Shown here piece after piece: positions 20,140-28,927 of a DNA stretch of 64,000 nt. The stretch is from an uncultured Prevotella sp. (GTDB taxonomy: Bacteria; Bacteroidota; Bacteroidia; Bacteroidales; Bacteroidaceae): assembly GCA_905235325.1 (NCBI GenBank), contig CAJOLE010000012.1:5768-69767 (forward strand), written 5' to 3'. The notes beneath the pieces were generated by a model. It saw only the letters and a list, made by a program, of their open reading frames with translations. It was not told the DNA's origin and ran no database searches. Numbering within the stretch: position 1 is the stretch's first letter; each line of letters opens with the position of its first letter. Position numbers and translations under genes: made by a program.

Positions 20140-20460
20140 TACTTTTGCAGCCGATAATCACAATTCTCTGGTCGTTTGGGGGATTGGTCGTTTAGTGGTT
20201 TAGGCTTAATTCTTTGGTCGTTTGGGGGATTGGTCGTTTAGTGGTTTAGGCTTTTTTCCATTGGGCAACACATCCAAGAAGAAGCATGAGCTTTGACTTT
20301 GAATCGGTGGGAAGATTGTGTCTTGCCGTCATTGACGTCCTCCGACTTATTGGACATATTGCTATATCCTAAACCACTAAACGACTAAACGACTAAACGA
20401 CCAATCCCCCAAACGACCAATCCCCCAAACGACCAATCCCCCAAACGACCAGAGAATTGA
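20140..20460 (+). ncRNA. Candidate structured non-coding transcript built from the 36-bp repeats
   Basis: TTGG(20116)-N20-TACTTTTG(20140) promoter; no credible ORF; direct copies can pair with the inverted copy; inner stem ggcaacac/gtgtcttgcc. Confidence 0.35.
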
Positions 20461-20574
20461 GATTCCGTTTGCGAACACAAAAAAATTGATATACGTCAAG
20501 AACAGCGTGCTATTCAGCAATTTATGCCCCAAAAGTGTTGCACAGTCCGAAAATTCGCCGTACCTTTGCACCGT

Positions 20575-20814
20575 CAAAAGAAAATAGTTAATAGATTGTT
20601 TTAGGTTAGTAGTAATATTTATAGTTTTAGGTTTTTAGTTATTGGTAAAAGAAAGTTTTCAACTGCGGATAACAGGTGGCCGTCGTGAGACATCCATTTA
20701 AACTTTCAAATTTTTAGCCCATTGTGGCTGAAAATTTCTTTTAGAGAAAAGGATTTTTAGTTAAACATAGGCTTGTTCCGCTGCAGCTCGTGAGAGTTGC
20801 AGCGGACTTTTTTT
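20575..20814 (+). ncRNA. Candidate sRNA (~240 nt)
   Basis: GTTG(20537)-N20-TACCTTTG(20561) promoter; U-rich body without an ORF; two GUGA-tetraloop hairpins; + strand terminator. Confidence 0.6.
20777..20814 (+). terminator. Intrinsic terminator
   Basis: tccgctgcagctc-gtga-gagttgcagcgga followed by c and T7. Confidence 0.85.
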
Positions 20815-20815
20815 G

Positions 20816-21718
20816 CTACGCTCCCCTTTTGTACTCTCCCGGTGTCATTCCCGTCAGCCGTTTGAAATACTTCGAGAAGAAAGACGGATTGGGAAAGCTG
20901 AGACTCTCAGAGATTTGTATGACCGACTTGTCAGAATGGCGCAGAAGCACTTTTGCCTGCGTGACAAGGGCACGGTCTATCCAGTCTTTGGCAGTGGTGC
21001 CACTGGCTTGGCGGACGACGGTACCCAGATAGCGCTCGGTGAGACACAGTCGATTGGCATAGTAGTCTATCTGGTGTTGCTCTCGGCAGTACTGGTTGAC
21101 AAGCTGGATGAAACGGTCGAAGATGGTCTGCTCGCGCGAGCGGGTGGCAGCCTGTATGTCGGTCTGCTGACGGAAGAGGCAGTCATAGTGGTGCATCAGT
21201 GCAGCCACAAGGGCGGTGACGGTGGGCCGGTGATAGTCTTCACCATGTACCACATGCCAGATGGCATCGAGAATATGGCGGGCCGTGCTGACGTCGTCCT
21301 CGCTGACGGAAAGCAGGATGTCGCGCACCTGACCGTTGAAAGCCGATGGCGTCAGACCCTGCGCAAAGGGCATGGGGAAATCAGCGAAGAGCCCGATGCC
21401 ATAGACCTGCAGGTCATCAGAAAGCCGGATGGGGTTAATGATGGTGCCGGGGCCGATATAGACCAATGTGCCGGCCGTAGCGTGGCGGTCTTGCAGGTTG
21501 AAGTTGATGTGTGCCTCGCCGTTCAAGATGATTCCGAAGCGGTGGTCGTTGATGGTGAACGGCGGCTTCTGACGCATCAGCAGGCTGAACACGGTATGGT
21601 CGCCATGAACCATGCCAAGCTCGCCGTTAAAGAATATATGCTTGCTGATCTGCGCAAGATGAGGGGTGAGGATGTCTCTCATACGAGAAAGATCCATCAG
21701 TTGTGGCTGTATGTTCAT
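20816..21718 (-). CDS. AraC-family transcriptional regulator
   Basis: YYANRLCLTERYL and ISESLSFPNPSFFSKYFKRLTGMTP HTH motifs. Confidence 0.93.
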   Translation of the reverse strand: MNIQPQLMDLSRMRDILTPHLAQISKHIFFNGELGMVHGDHTVFSLLMRQKPPFTINDHRFGIILNGEAHINFNLQDRHATAGTLVYIGPGTIINPIRLSDDLQVYGIGLFADFPMPFAQGLTPSAFNGQVRDILLSVSEDDVSTARHILDAIWHVVHGEDYHRPTVTALVAALMHHYDCLFRQQTDIQAATRSREQTIFDRFIQLVNQYCREQHQIDYYANRLCLTERYLGTVVRQASGTTAKDWIDRALVTQAKVLLRHSDKSVIQISESLSFPNPSFFSKYFKRLTGMTPGEYKRGA

Positions 21719-21738
21719 AATCAGTCCTTTTTTGTCTG

Positions 21739-21851
21739 CAAAGATAATCCTTTTCTGGGAAACGGCAATCTCTTTTTACATAAATCGAACAAAAAGAACA
21801 TCTTTCCGTGCCGAAGGATAACAAATCTTCGGGAATTTCTTCGTAACTTTG
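21739..21851. promoter_or_regulatory. Divergent -7 promoter elements for araC and tolC
   Basis: TATCTTTG on - (21739-21746) and TAACTTTG on + (21844-21851). Confidence 0.6.
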
Positions 21852-21873
21852 CGGCATATTAGAGAAGAACCAA

Positions 21874-23136
21874 ATGAAGAAGTATCTTTTTATCTTGATG
21901 ATGCTGCCAGCGACGGCGACAGCCCAGACACTGGAAGAATGCCAGCAGGCAGCAGAACGAAACTATCCGCTGATAAGGCAGTACGGACTGACAGAACAGA
22001 CGACGGAACTGACGGTAGAGAACATCCAGAAAGGGTGGCTGCCGCAGGTCTCGGCTTCGGCACAGGCTACCTATCAGAGTGACGTCGCCCGTTTCCCCGA
22101 CCAGATGCAGGGGCTTTACCGACAGATGGGCATCGACATGAAAGGGCTGAAGAAAGACCAGTACCGAGTGGGTATCGACGTGAGCCAGACCATCTACGAC
22201 GGGGGAGCCATCAGGCAATCCAAGGCGGTAGCACGCGAGCAGGGCAAGGTGCAGGTAGCGCAGACAGACGTAAATTTATATAATGTACGCAGGCGCGTGA
22301 ACGAGATGTACTTCGCACTGCTGCTGCTCGACGACCAGATTCGGCTGAACCGCGACCTGCAGGAGTTGCTTAGCAGCAATGAGCGAAAGTTGGCCTCGAT
22401 GGTGAAAGGCGGAACGGCCGCTGAAAGCGACCATCTGAACGTCAAGGCAGAACGGCTGAACGTCGTCCAGCAGGCCACCAGCCTTGAGTCGCAGAGGCGG
22501 ATGCTGAAGACGATGCTGAGCACGTTCTGCGGCATTGAGGTAAAGACGACAACCCACCCCCGGCCCCTCCCCGAGGGAGGGGGGGGAATGCGGCCGGAGT
22601 TGAGAGCACTCGATGCGCAGATAGGACTCTTCGACGCGCAGGAGAAGGCACTCGACGCGGCCCTGAAGCCACGGCTTGGCGTGTTTGCACAGGGGTTCTA
22701 CGGCTATCCGGGGCTGAATATGTTTGAGGATATGATGAAGCGCGACTGGAGCCTGAACGGCATCATCGGTGCCCGGCTGACGTGGAACATCGGGGCGCTC
22801 TACACCCGCAAGAACGACAAGGCAAAGCTGCAGTTGCAACGCGAACTGGCGGAGACGGACCGCGAGGTATTCCTCTTCAACAACAACCTCGAACAGATTC
22901 AGCAGAACGAGAACATCGCGCGCTACAGGAAACTGATAGCTGACGACGAGGAGATTATAGCGCTGCGCACGTCGGTCCGCGTGGCTGCCGAGTCGAAACT
23001 CTCGCACGGCATCATCGACGTCAACGACCTCGTGCGCGAGATAAACCAAGAAAACGCTGCCCGCGTGCAGCAGTCGATACACGAAATTGAGATGCTGAAA
23101 GAGATATACGACAACAAATTCACGACAAACAATTAA
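21874..23136 (+). CDS. TolC-family outer membrane protein
   Basis: Signal peptide, TLEECQQAAERNYP, WLPQVS, SQTIYDGG; first gene of the efflux operon. Confidence 0.9.
   Translation: MKKYLFILMMLPATATAQTLEECQQAAERNYPLIRQYGLTEQTTELTVENIQKGWLPQVSASAQATYQSDVARFPDQMQGLYRQMGIDMKGLKKDQYRVGIDVSQTIYDGGAIRQSKAVAREQGKVQVAQTDVNLYNVRRRVNEMYFALLLLDDQIRLNRDLQELLSSNERKLASMVKGGTAAESDHLNVKAERLNVVQQATSLESQRRMLKTMLSTFCGIEVKTTTHPRPLPEGGGGMRPELRALDAQIGLFDAQEKALDAALKPRLGVFAQGFYGYPGLNMFEDMMKRDWSLNGIIGARLTWNIGALYTRKNDKAKLQLQRELAETDREVFLFNNNLEQIQQNENIARYRKLIADDEEIIALRTSVRVAAESKLSHGIIDVNDLVREINQENAARVQQSIHEIEMLKEIYDNKFTTNN
22552..22586 (+). repeat. REP-like family A hairpin, in frame in tolC
   Basis: acccacccccgg-cccctccc-cga-gggagggg; encodes THPRPLPEGGG. 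Confidence 0.65.
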
Positions 23137-23140
23137 AGTT

Positions 23141-24031
23141 ATGCGAAAGATATATGTATTGGCAGGCGTGACACTGATGTTGGCCGCTTGCGGAAACAGC
23201 GAGAAGGAGTATGATGCCACGGGAACGTTCGAGGCTACTGAGACCACGGTATTTGCCGAACAGAGCGGCGCACTGCTGACGTTCGACGTCGACGAGGGCG
23301 ACAACATGGAGGCTAACACAGAGGTAGGGCTTATAGACACCACGCAGGTATGGCTGAAGATTCTGCAACTGAATGCCACCAAGGAGGTGTACCAGAGCCA
23401 GAAGCCGGACATGGAGCGCCAGATTGCCGCTACGCGCCAGCAGTTGGCCAAGGCCAAGCAGGAGGAGCAACGATACCAAGAACTTGTTGCCGACGGAGCC
23501 GCTCCCTCGAAGATGCTCGACGACGCCGCCAGCCAGGTAAAGGTACTGCAGAAGCAACTGGATGCTCAGATTTCGTCGCTCAGCACGAGCACCCGTTCGC
23601 TGGACAAGCAGACAGCCACTGCCGACATTCAGGTGAGCCAACTGCGCGACCAATTGCACAAGTGTCACATCGTGACGCCCGCCAAAGGAACGGTTCTCGA
23701 GAAATACGTTGAGCGCGGCGAGTTCGTAAGCACTGGCAAGCCCCTGTTCAAGATTGGCGACACGGAGGATATGTATCTGCGCGCCTACGTTACGTCGAGC
23801 CAACTCCAGAATATCAAACTGAGCCAGCAGGTGAAGGTGTTCGCCGACTATGGCGACGGCCAGAAGAAGGAGTATCAGGGCACCGTCACATGGATTTCCT
23901 CGCGGTCGGAGTTCACGCCCAAGACCATTCTCACCGACGACGAGCGCGCCGACCTGGTGTATGCCATCAAGGTGGCAATCAAAAACGACGGATACGTCAA
24001 GATCGGCATGTACGGCGAAGTAAAGCTATGA
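23141..24031 (+). CDS. HlyD-family periplasmic adaptor (lipoprotein)
   Basis: LAAC lipobox, coiled hairpin, WISSRSEFTPK, KIGMYGEV. Confidence 0.92.
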   Translation: MRKIYVLAGVTLMLAACGNSEKEYDATGTFEATETTVFAEQSGALLTFDVDEGDNMEANTEVGLIDTTQVWLKILQLNATKEVYQSQKPDMERQIAATRQQLAKAKQEEQRYQELVADGAAPSKMLDDAASQVKVLQKQLDAQISSLSTSTRSLDKQTATADIQVSQLRDQLHKCHIVTPAKGTVLEKYVERGEFVSTGKPLFKIGDTEDMYLRAYVTSSQLQNIKLSQQVKVFADYGDGQKKEYQGTVTWISSRSEFTPKTILTDDERADLVYAIKVAIKNDGYVKIGMYGEVKL

Positions 24032-25488
24032 ACGCCATTGAAGTAAAAAACATCAGCAAGTCGTACGGTACGGTAAAGGCGCTCGACGACGTATCGTTCA
24101 CCGTCGGCAAGGGCGAGGTCTTCGGACTTATCGGCCCCGACGGTGCTGGCAAGACATCGATGTTCCGCATCCTCTGTTCGCTGTTGCTGCCGGATGGTGG
24201 CACGGCTTCGGTTGACGGCTTCGACGTGGTCAGGCAGATGCGCGACGTGCGCTGCCGGGTGGGCTATATGCCTGGCAAGTTCTCGCTCTATCAGGACCTG
24301 ACCGTCGAGGAAAACCTGACTTTCTTCGCCACGCTCTTCGGCACCACCGTCGAGGAGGGCTACGACTCCATCAAGGCCATCTATTCACAGATTGAACGGT
24401 TTAAGAACCGTCGGGCCGGGGCTCTCTCAGGCGGTATGAAGCAGAAGCTGGCACTGAGCTGTGCGCTGGTGCACCAGCCCAGCGTACTCTTCCTCGACGA
24501 GCCGACAACGGGCGTTGACCCCGTCAGCCGCAAGGAGCTGTGGGAAATGCTGCTGATGCTGAAGGAACGGGGCATCACCATCGTAGCCTCTACGCCTTAT
24601 CTCGACGAGGTGCGCCGCTGCGAGCGCGTGGTTTTTCTCGACCAAGGGAAGGTCAGGGGCATTGACACGCCGGAGGCTATCCTTGAGCGTTTTAAAGACG
24701 TCTTTAATCCGCCGGGCATCGAGGCTGTTGCTGTGATACAGCAACAAACGGAAGCAATCATCGAGGTAGAGCACCTGGTAAAAGCCTTTGGCGACTTCCA
24801 TGCCGTCGACGACATCTCGTTCACAGTGAAGAAAGGCGAGATTTTCGGCTTCTTGGGTGCCAACGGTGCCGGAAAGACCACGGCGATGCACATGCTGACG
24901 GGACTGAGCCAACCCACAAGCGGTACTGGCCGCGTCTGTGGCTACGACATACGTACAGAGTACGAACAGATAAAACGCCACATCGGCTATATGAGCCAGA
25001 GGTTCTCGCTCTACGAAGACCTGACCGTAGCCGAAAACATCCGTCTCTTTGCAGGCATCTACGGCATGAAGAAGGCAGACGTCGGAAGGAAGATGGATGA
25101 GGTGCTGCGCCAGTTGAAGTTCGAGGAGCACAAGGACGACTTGGTGGGCTCGCTGCCCCTTGGCTGGAAGCAGAAGCTGGCCTTCTCTGTCTCTATCTTC
25201 CACGAGCCTGGCGTGGTGTTCCTCGACGAGCCTACGGGCGGTGTCGACCCCGCCACGCGCCGACAGTTCTGGGAGCTGATCTACGACGCCGCCCGCCGCG
25301 GCATTACCGTCTTCGTGACCACTCACTACATGGACGAGGCCGAATACTGTGACCGTATCTCGATCATGGTCGACGGAAAGATCAAGGCGATGGGCACGCC
25401 CGCCGAACTTAAAAAGGAATATGGCCAGCCCGATATGGACCATGTGTTTACGTATCTTGCAAGGCAAGCCACCCGTTCAAGCGATTAA
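24028..25488 (+). CDS. ABC transporter ATP-binding protein with two ATPase domains (YbhF-like)
   Basis: GPDGAGKT, LSGGMKQ, LDEPTTG; second domain GANGAGKT, LPLGWKQ, LDEPTGG. Confidence 0.95.
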   Translation: MNAIEVKNISKSYGTVKALDDVSFTVGKGEVFGLIGPDGAGKTSMFRILCSLLLPDGGTASVDGFDVVRQMRDVRCRVGYMPGKFSLYQDLTVEENLTFFATLFGTTVEEGYDSIKAIYSQIERFKNRRAGALSGGMKQKLALSCALVHQPSVLFLDEPTTGVDPVSRKELWEMLLMLKERGITIVASTPYLDEVRRCERVVFLDQGKVRGIDTPEAILERFKDVFNPPGIEAVAVIQQQTEAIIEVEHLVKAFGDFHAVDDISFTVKKGEIFGFLGANGAGKTTAMHMLTGLSQPTSGTGRVCGYDIRTEYEQIKRHIGYMSQRFSLYEDLTVAENIRLFAGIYGMKKADVGRKMDEVLRQLKFEEHKDDLVGSLPLGWKQKLAFSVSIFHEPGVVFLDEPTGGVDPATRRQFWELIYDAARRGITVFVTTHYMDEAEYCDRISIMVDGKIKAMGTPAELKKEYGQPDMDHVFTYLARQATRSSD

Positions 25489-25492
25489 GAAT

Positions 25493-26536
25493 ATGAAGCA
25501 GTTCCTATCATTCGTCTTCAAGGAGGCCAAGCACATTCTGCGCGACAAGCGTACGATGCTGATTCTCTTCGTCATGCCCGTGGTGCTGATGTTCATCTTC
25601 GGCTTCGCCATCACAACTGACGTGAAAAACGTGCGGACTGTGGTGGTGACCTCGATGATGGACTACCAGACGCAGCAAGCCGTAGAGCGACTGGCGCAGT
25701 CGGAATATTTCACCATCACGCAAACCGTCAACACGCCACAAGAGGCCGAGCGGCTCATCCGCAGTCAGAAGGCCGACCTGGCACTGGTGTTCAGGAGTAA
25801 TCATAGCCTGCAGTTCATCGTAGACGGCAGCGACCCCAACATGGCACAGCAATGGACTACCTACGCGCAACAGGTCATAGCCAACCCCGATGCATCGCTG
25901 GTCAATCAAAGGCTACTCTACAACCCCCAGATGCGCTCTGCCTACAATTTCGTACCGGCCATCATGGGTATGCTGCTCATACTCGTCTGCGCCATGATGA
26001 CATCAATCAGCATCGTGCGTGAGAAGGAACGCGGCACGATGGAGGTGCTGCTGGTGTCGCCTGTACGTCCCCTGATGGTCATCATCGCCAAGGCCGTTCC
26101 CTATTTAGTGCTGGCCTTCGCCATTCTCATCACCATCCTGCTCATGGCGCGCTTCGTCCTGGATGTCCCGCTGGCAGGCTCGCTTTTCTGGATATTGGCC
26201 GTCTCGACGCTCTATATCCTGCTGGCCCTTTCGCTGGGCCTGCTCATCTCCAACGTGGCAAAGACACAACTCATGGCCCTGCTGCTTTCGGCTATGGTGC
26301 TGCTCATGCCCGTGGTCATGCTGTCGGGGATGCTGTTCCCCGTAGAGTCGATGCCACGGGTGCTGCAGTGGTTATCGGCCGTAGTTCCTACACGCTACTA
26401 CATCCAAGCCATGCGCAAGCTGATGATTATGGGTGTGGGCATCGGCGACGTGGCCCACGAGGTAGCGATAATGGCAGGCATGACTGCCGTGCTGCTCGCC
26501 ATAGCGCTGAAGAAGTTTAACGTAAGACTGGAATAG
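25493..26536 (+). CDS. ABC-2 type permease
   Basis: REKERGTMEVLLVSP and LSGMLFPVESMP motifs. Confidence 0.92.
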   Translation: MKQFLSFVFKEAKHILRDKRTMLILFVMPVVLMFIFGFAITTDVKNVRTVVVTSMMDYQTQQAVERLAQSEYFTITQTVNTPQEAERLIRSQKADLALVFRSNHSLQFIVDGSDPNMAQQWTTYAQQVIANPDASLVNQRLLYNPQMRSAYNFVPAIMGMLLILVCAMMTSISIVREKERGTMEVLLVSPVRPLMVIIAKAVPYLVLAFAILITILLMARFVLDVPLAGSLFWILAVSTLYILLALSLGLLISNVAKTQLMALLLSAMVLLMPVVMLSGMLFPVESMPRVLQWLSAVVPTRYYIQAMRKLMIMGVGIGDVAHEVAIMAGMTAVLLAIALKKFNVRLE

Positions 26537-26539
26537 ATA

Positions 26540-27578
26540 ATGACGCTCAAACATCTGATACGAAAGGAATTCCAACAGATACGCCGCAATGCGTTTCTGC
26601 CGCGGCTCATCGTCGTGTTCCCTATCATGATAATGTGTATCATGCCGTGGGTGATGCAGATGGAGGTGAAGAACATTGTAGTGGATGTGGTCGACATCGA
26701 CCGCACGACAGAGTCGCAACGACTTGTACAGCAGGTGGCCGCCAGCAGCTACTTCATCTTCGGCGGTCAGAAGGCCACATACGCCGAGGGACATCGAAAA
26801 GGGGCGTGCCGACGTCATCCTTGAAATCCGCGATGGCCAGTACTACATTGCCGCCAATGCCGTAAACGGCACCAAAGGGGCGATGGGGTCGGCCTATCTC
26901 TCGCAAATCATCACCGCCCCCATCCAGTATGCTGCGATACCATCGCAGCCCGCCGTGCTCACCCTCTACAACAAAGGCCAGAACTACAAGCTCTACATGA
27001 TTCCAGCCCTTTTCGCCATTGTGATAATGCTGATGACCGGCTTCCTGCCTACGCTGAACATCGTGGGAGAGAAAGAGGCTGGCACCATCGAGCAAATCAA
27101 CGTCACGCCTGTATCAAAGTGGTCGTTCATTCTGGCCAAGCTCATTCCCTACTGGCTCATCGCACTGTTTGTCATCACCGTCTGCCTGCTGTTGGCCTTG
27201 CTCATCTATGGCCTCACACCCGCCGGCCCCGTATGGCTCATCTATGTTCTGGCCATGCTGCTGGCACTGTTCTTCTCGTCGTTAGGACTCATCATCTCAA
27301 ACTACAGCGACACCATGCAGCAGGCCATGTTCGTCATGTGGTTTTTCGTGGTCAGTCTCATGCTGCTCTCAGGGCTCTTCACCCCGACGCGCTCCATGCC
27401 ACAGTGGGCATACCTGACCACCTATGTCAACCCCATGCACTACTTCATCGATGCCATCCGCACCGTCTTCGTCCGCGGCGGTACATTCCTGCACGTCGCC
27501 CACCAGGTGTTTGCCCTGCTTGCCATCGGGCTGTTTATGGCCGCCTGGGCCGTCCAGAGCTACAAGAAGAACAGCTGA
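26540..27578 (+). CDS. ABC-2 type permease; frameshift near 26790
   Basis: KEFQQIRRN N-terminus; the second frame has EKEAGTIEQINVTP and LSGLFTPTRSMP. Confidence 0.88.
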
Positions 27579-28910
27579 TCAGACAAAGCTGATGACGCCC
27601 TGCTGAGGCTCTTGCGCCGCAGCGTCCTTGCTCTCATTAAGATAGTCGCCGGTGGCCTGCGAATGGATGCTGTCGAGAATCTCGCGGGTACGCTTGTAGG
27701 TGGCTGTTGACTCAACTGCCGAGATGACATCGTCGTTGTCAAGGTCCTCGGGTCGGAAGAGGTAGATATGCGGACGGCGCTTGTAGCGGCGCACGCCGTC
27801 GCTGCCGCCATAGTAGCGTCCGCGACGCTCCTCGCGGGCAGCGGCCTTCTCCTGCTCCTCGGCAATGCGGTTGGCCTCCTCCTGTGAGTGCTTCTTCAAG
27901 CGGGCCTCCATGCCGTCGACGTTGGCAATGCCGAAGCCGGTGGCCAGGATGGTGACCTTCACCTTCTTACCCAACTCGGGGTCGATGGCCACGCCCCACT
28001 TGGTTTCAAAGTCGCTGCCGAACTTCTCCATGAAGTCGTGTACGTAGTTCATCTCCTCCATCATGAAGTTGTCCTTGCCGTCCTTCTCCTCGTTGAAGGC
28101 AATGGATAGCAGTATCTTCTTCGAGTTGAAGATGTCGTTGTCGTTGAGCAGCGGAGAGTTCAACGCGTCGTCGATGGCTTTCTGAACACGGTCCTCGCCT
28201 TCGCCGTAGCCGGTCGACATGATGGCCACGCCACCGTCCTGCAGCACCGTCTTGACATCGTTGAAGTCGAGGTTGATGATGCCGTGTACGGTGATAATCT
28301 CGGCAATTGACTTGGCGGCCACTGAGAGCGTGTCGTCAGCCTTGCCGAAGGCGGCCATGAGTGAGAGGTCGGGGTAGATTTCGCGTAGCCGCTCATTGTT
28401 GATGACGAGCAGGGCGTCCACGTGCTTGGCCATCTCCTCGACACCGTCAAGTGCCTGGTCTATCTTCTTGGCTCCCTCGAAGCGGAAGGGTATGGTGACG
28501 ATACCCACAGTGAGGATGCCCATCTCCTTCGAGACGCGGGCAATGACGGGGGCAGAGCCAGTGCCGGTTCCTCCGCCCATGCCGGCAGTGATAAAGGCCA
28601 TGCGCGTACCGTCGTTGAGCATATTCTTGATATCGTCGATGCTGTCCTCGGCGGCCTGGCGTGCGCGCTCGGGACGGTTGCCGGCGCCGAGGCCCTCGGC
28701 ACCCAGCTGCAGGTGGACGGGCACAGGCGAGTCATTGAGTGCCTGTGCGTCGGTGTTACAAAGTACGAACGTGACGTCGTGAATACCTTCGCGGTACATG
28801 TGGTTGACGGCATTGCCGCCACCGCCGCCGACGCCGATGACCTTGATGATGCTGTGCTCCCTCTCCGGCTCGCCGAAGTCAAGGATGTCATTGATATTAT
28901 TGTCTGCCAT
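27579..28910 (-). CDS. ftsZ: Cell division protein FtsZ
   Basis: VGGGGGNAV, NTDAQAL, GMGGGTGTG. Confidence 0.98.
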   Translation of the reverse strand: MADNNINDILDFGEPEREHSIIKVIGVGGGGGNAVNHMYREGIHDVTFVLCNTDAQALNDSPVPVHLQLGAEGLGAGNRPERARQAAEDSIDDIKNMLNDGTRMAFITAGMGGGTGTGSAPVIARVSKEMGILTVGIVTIPFRFEGAKKIDQALDGVEEMAKHVDALLVINNERLREIYPDLSLMAAFGKADDTLSVAAKSIAEIITVHGIINLDFNDVKTVLQDGGVAIMSTGYGEGEDRVQKAIDDALNSPLLNDNDIFNSKKILLSIAFNEEKDGKDNFMMEEMNYVHDFMEKFGSDFETKWGVAIDPELGKKVKVTILATGFGIANVDGMEARLKKHSQEEANRIAEEQEKAAAREERRGRYYGGSDGVRRYKRRPHIYLFRPEDLDNDDVISAVESTATYKRTREILDSIHSQATGDYLNESKDAAAQEPQQGVISFV

Positions 28911-28927
28911 AGTTGGTGTATTTTTTA

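Larger units (their letters stand above)
12041..20451. repeat. Locally dispersed 36-bp repeat TGGTCGTTTGGGGGATTGGTCGTTTAGTGGTTTAGG, 9 copies
   Basis: + copies start at 12041 (2 mismatches), 17063, 17168, 17222, 18824, 19361, 20169 and 20215; an expanded inverted copy spans 20368-20451. Confidence 0.95.

Noticed and set aside
17063-20451. 36-bp repeats as a CRISPR array
   Set aside because: The length fits, but gaps are 69, 18, ~1570, ~500, ~770 and 10 nt, copies lie within genes, one is inverted, and there is no cas gene or leader.
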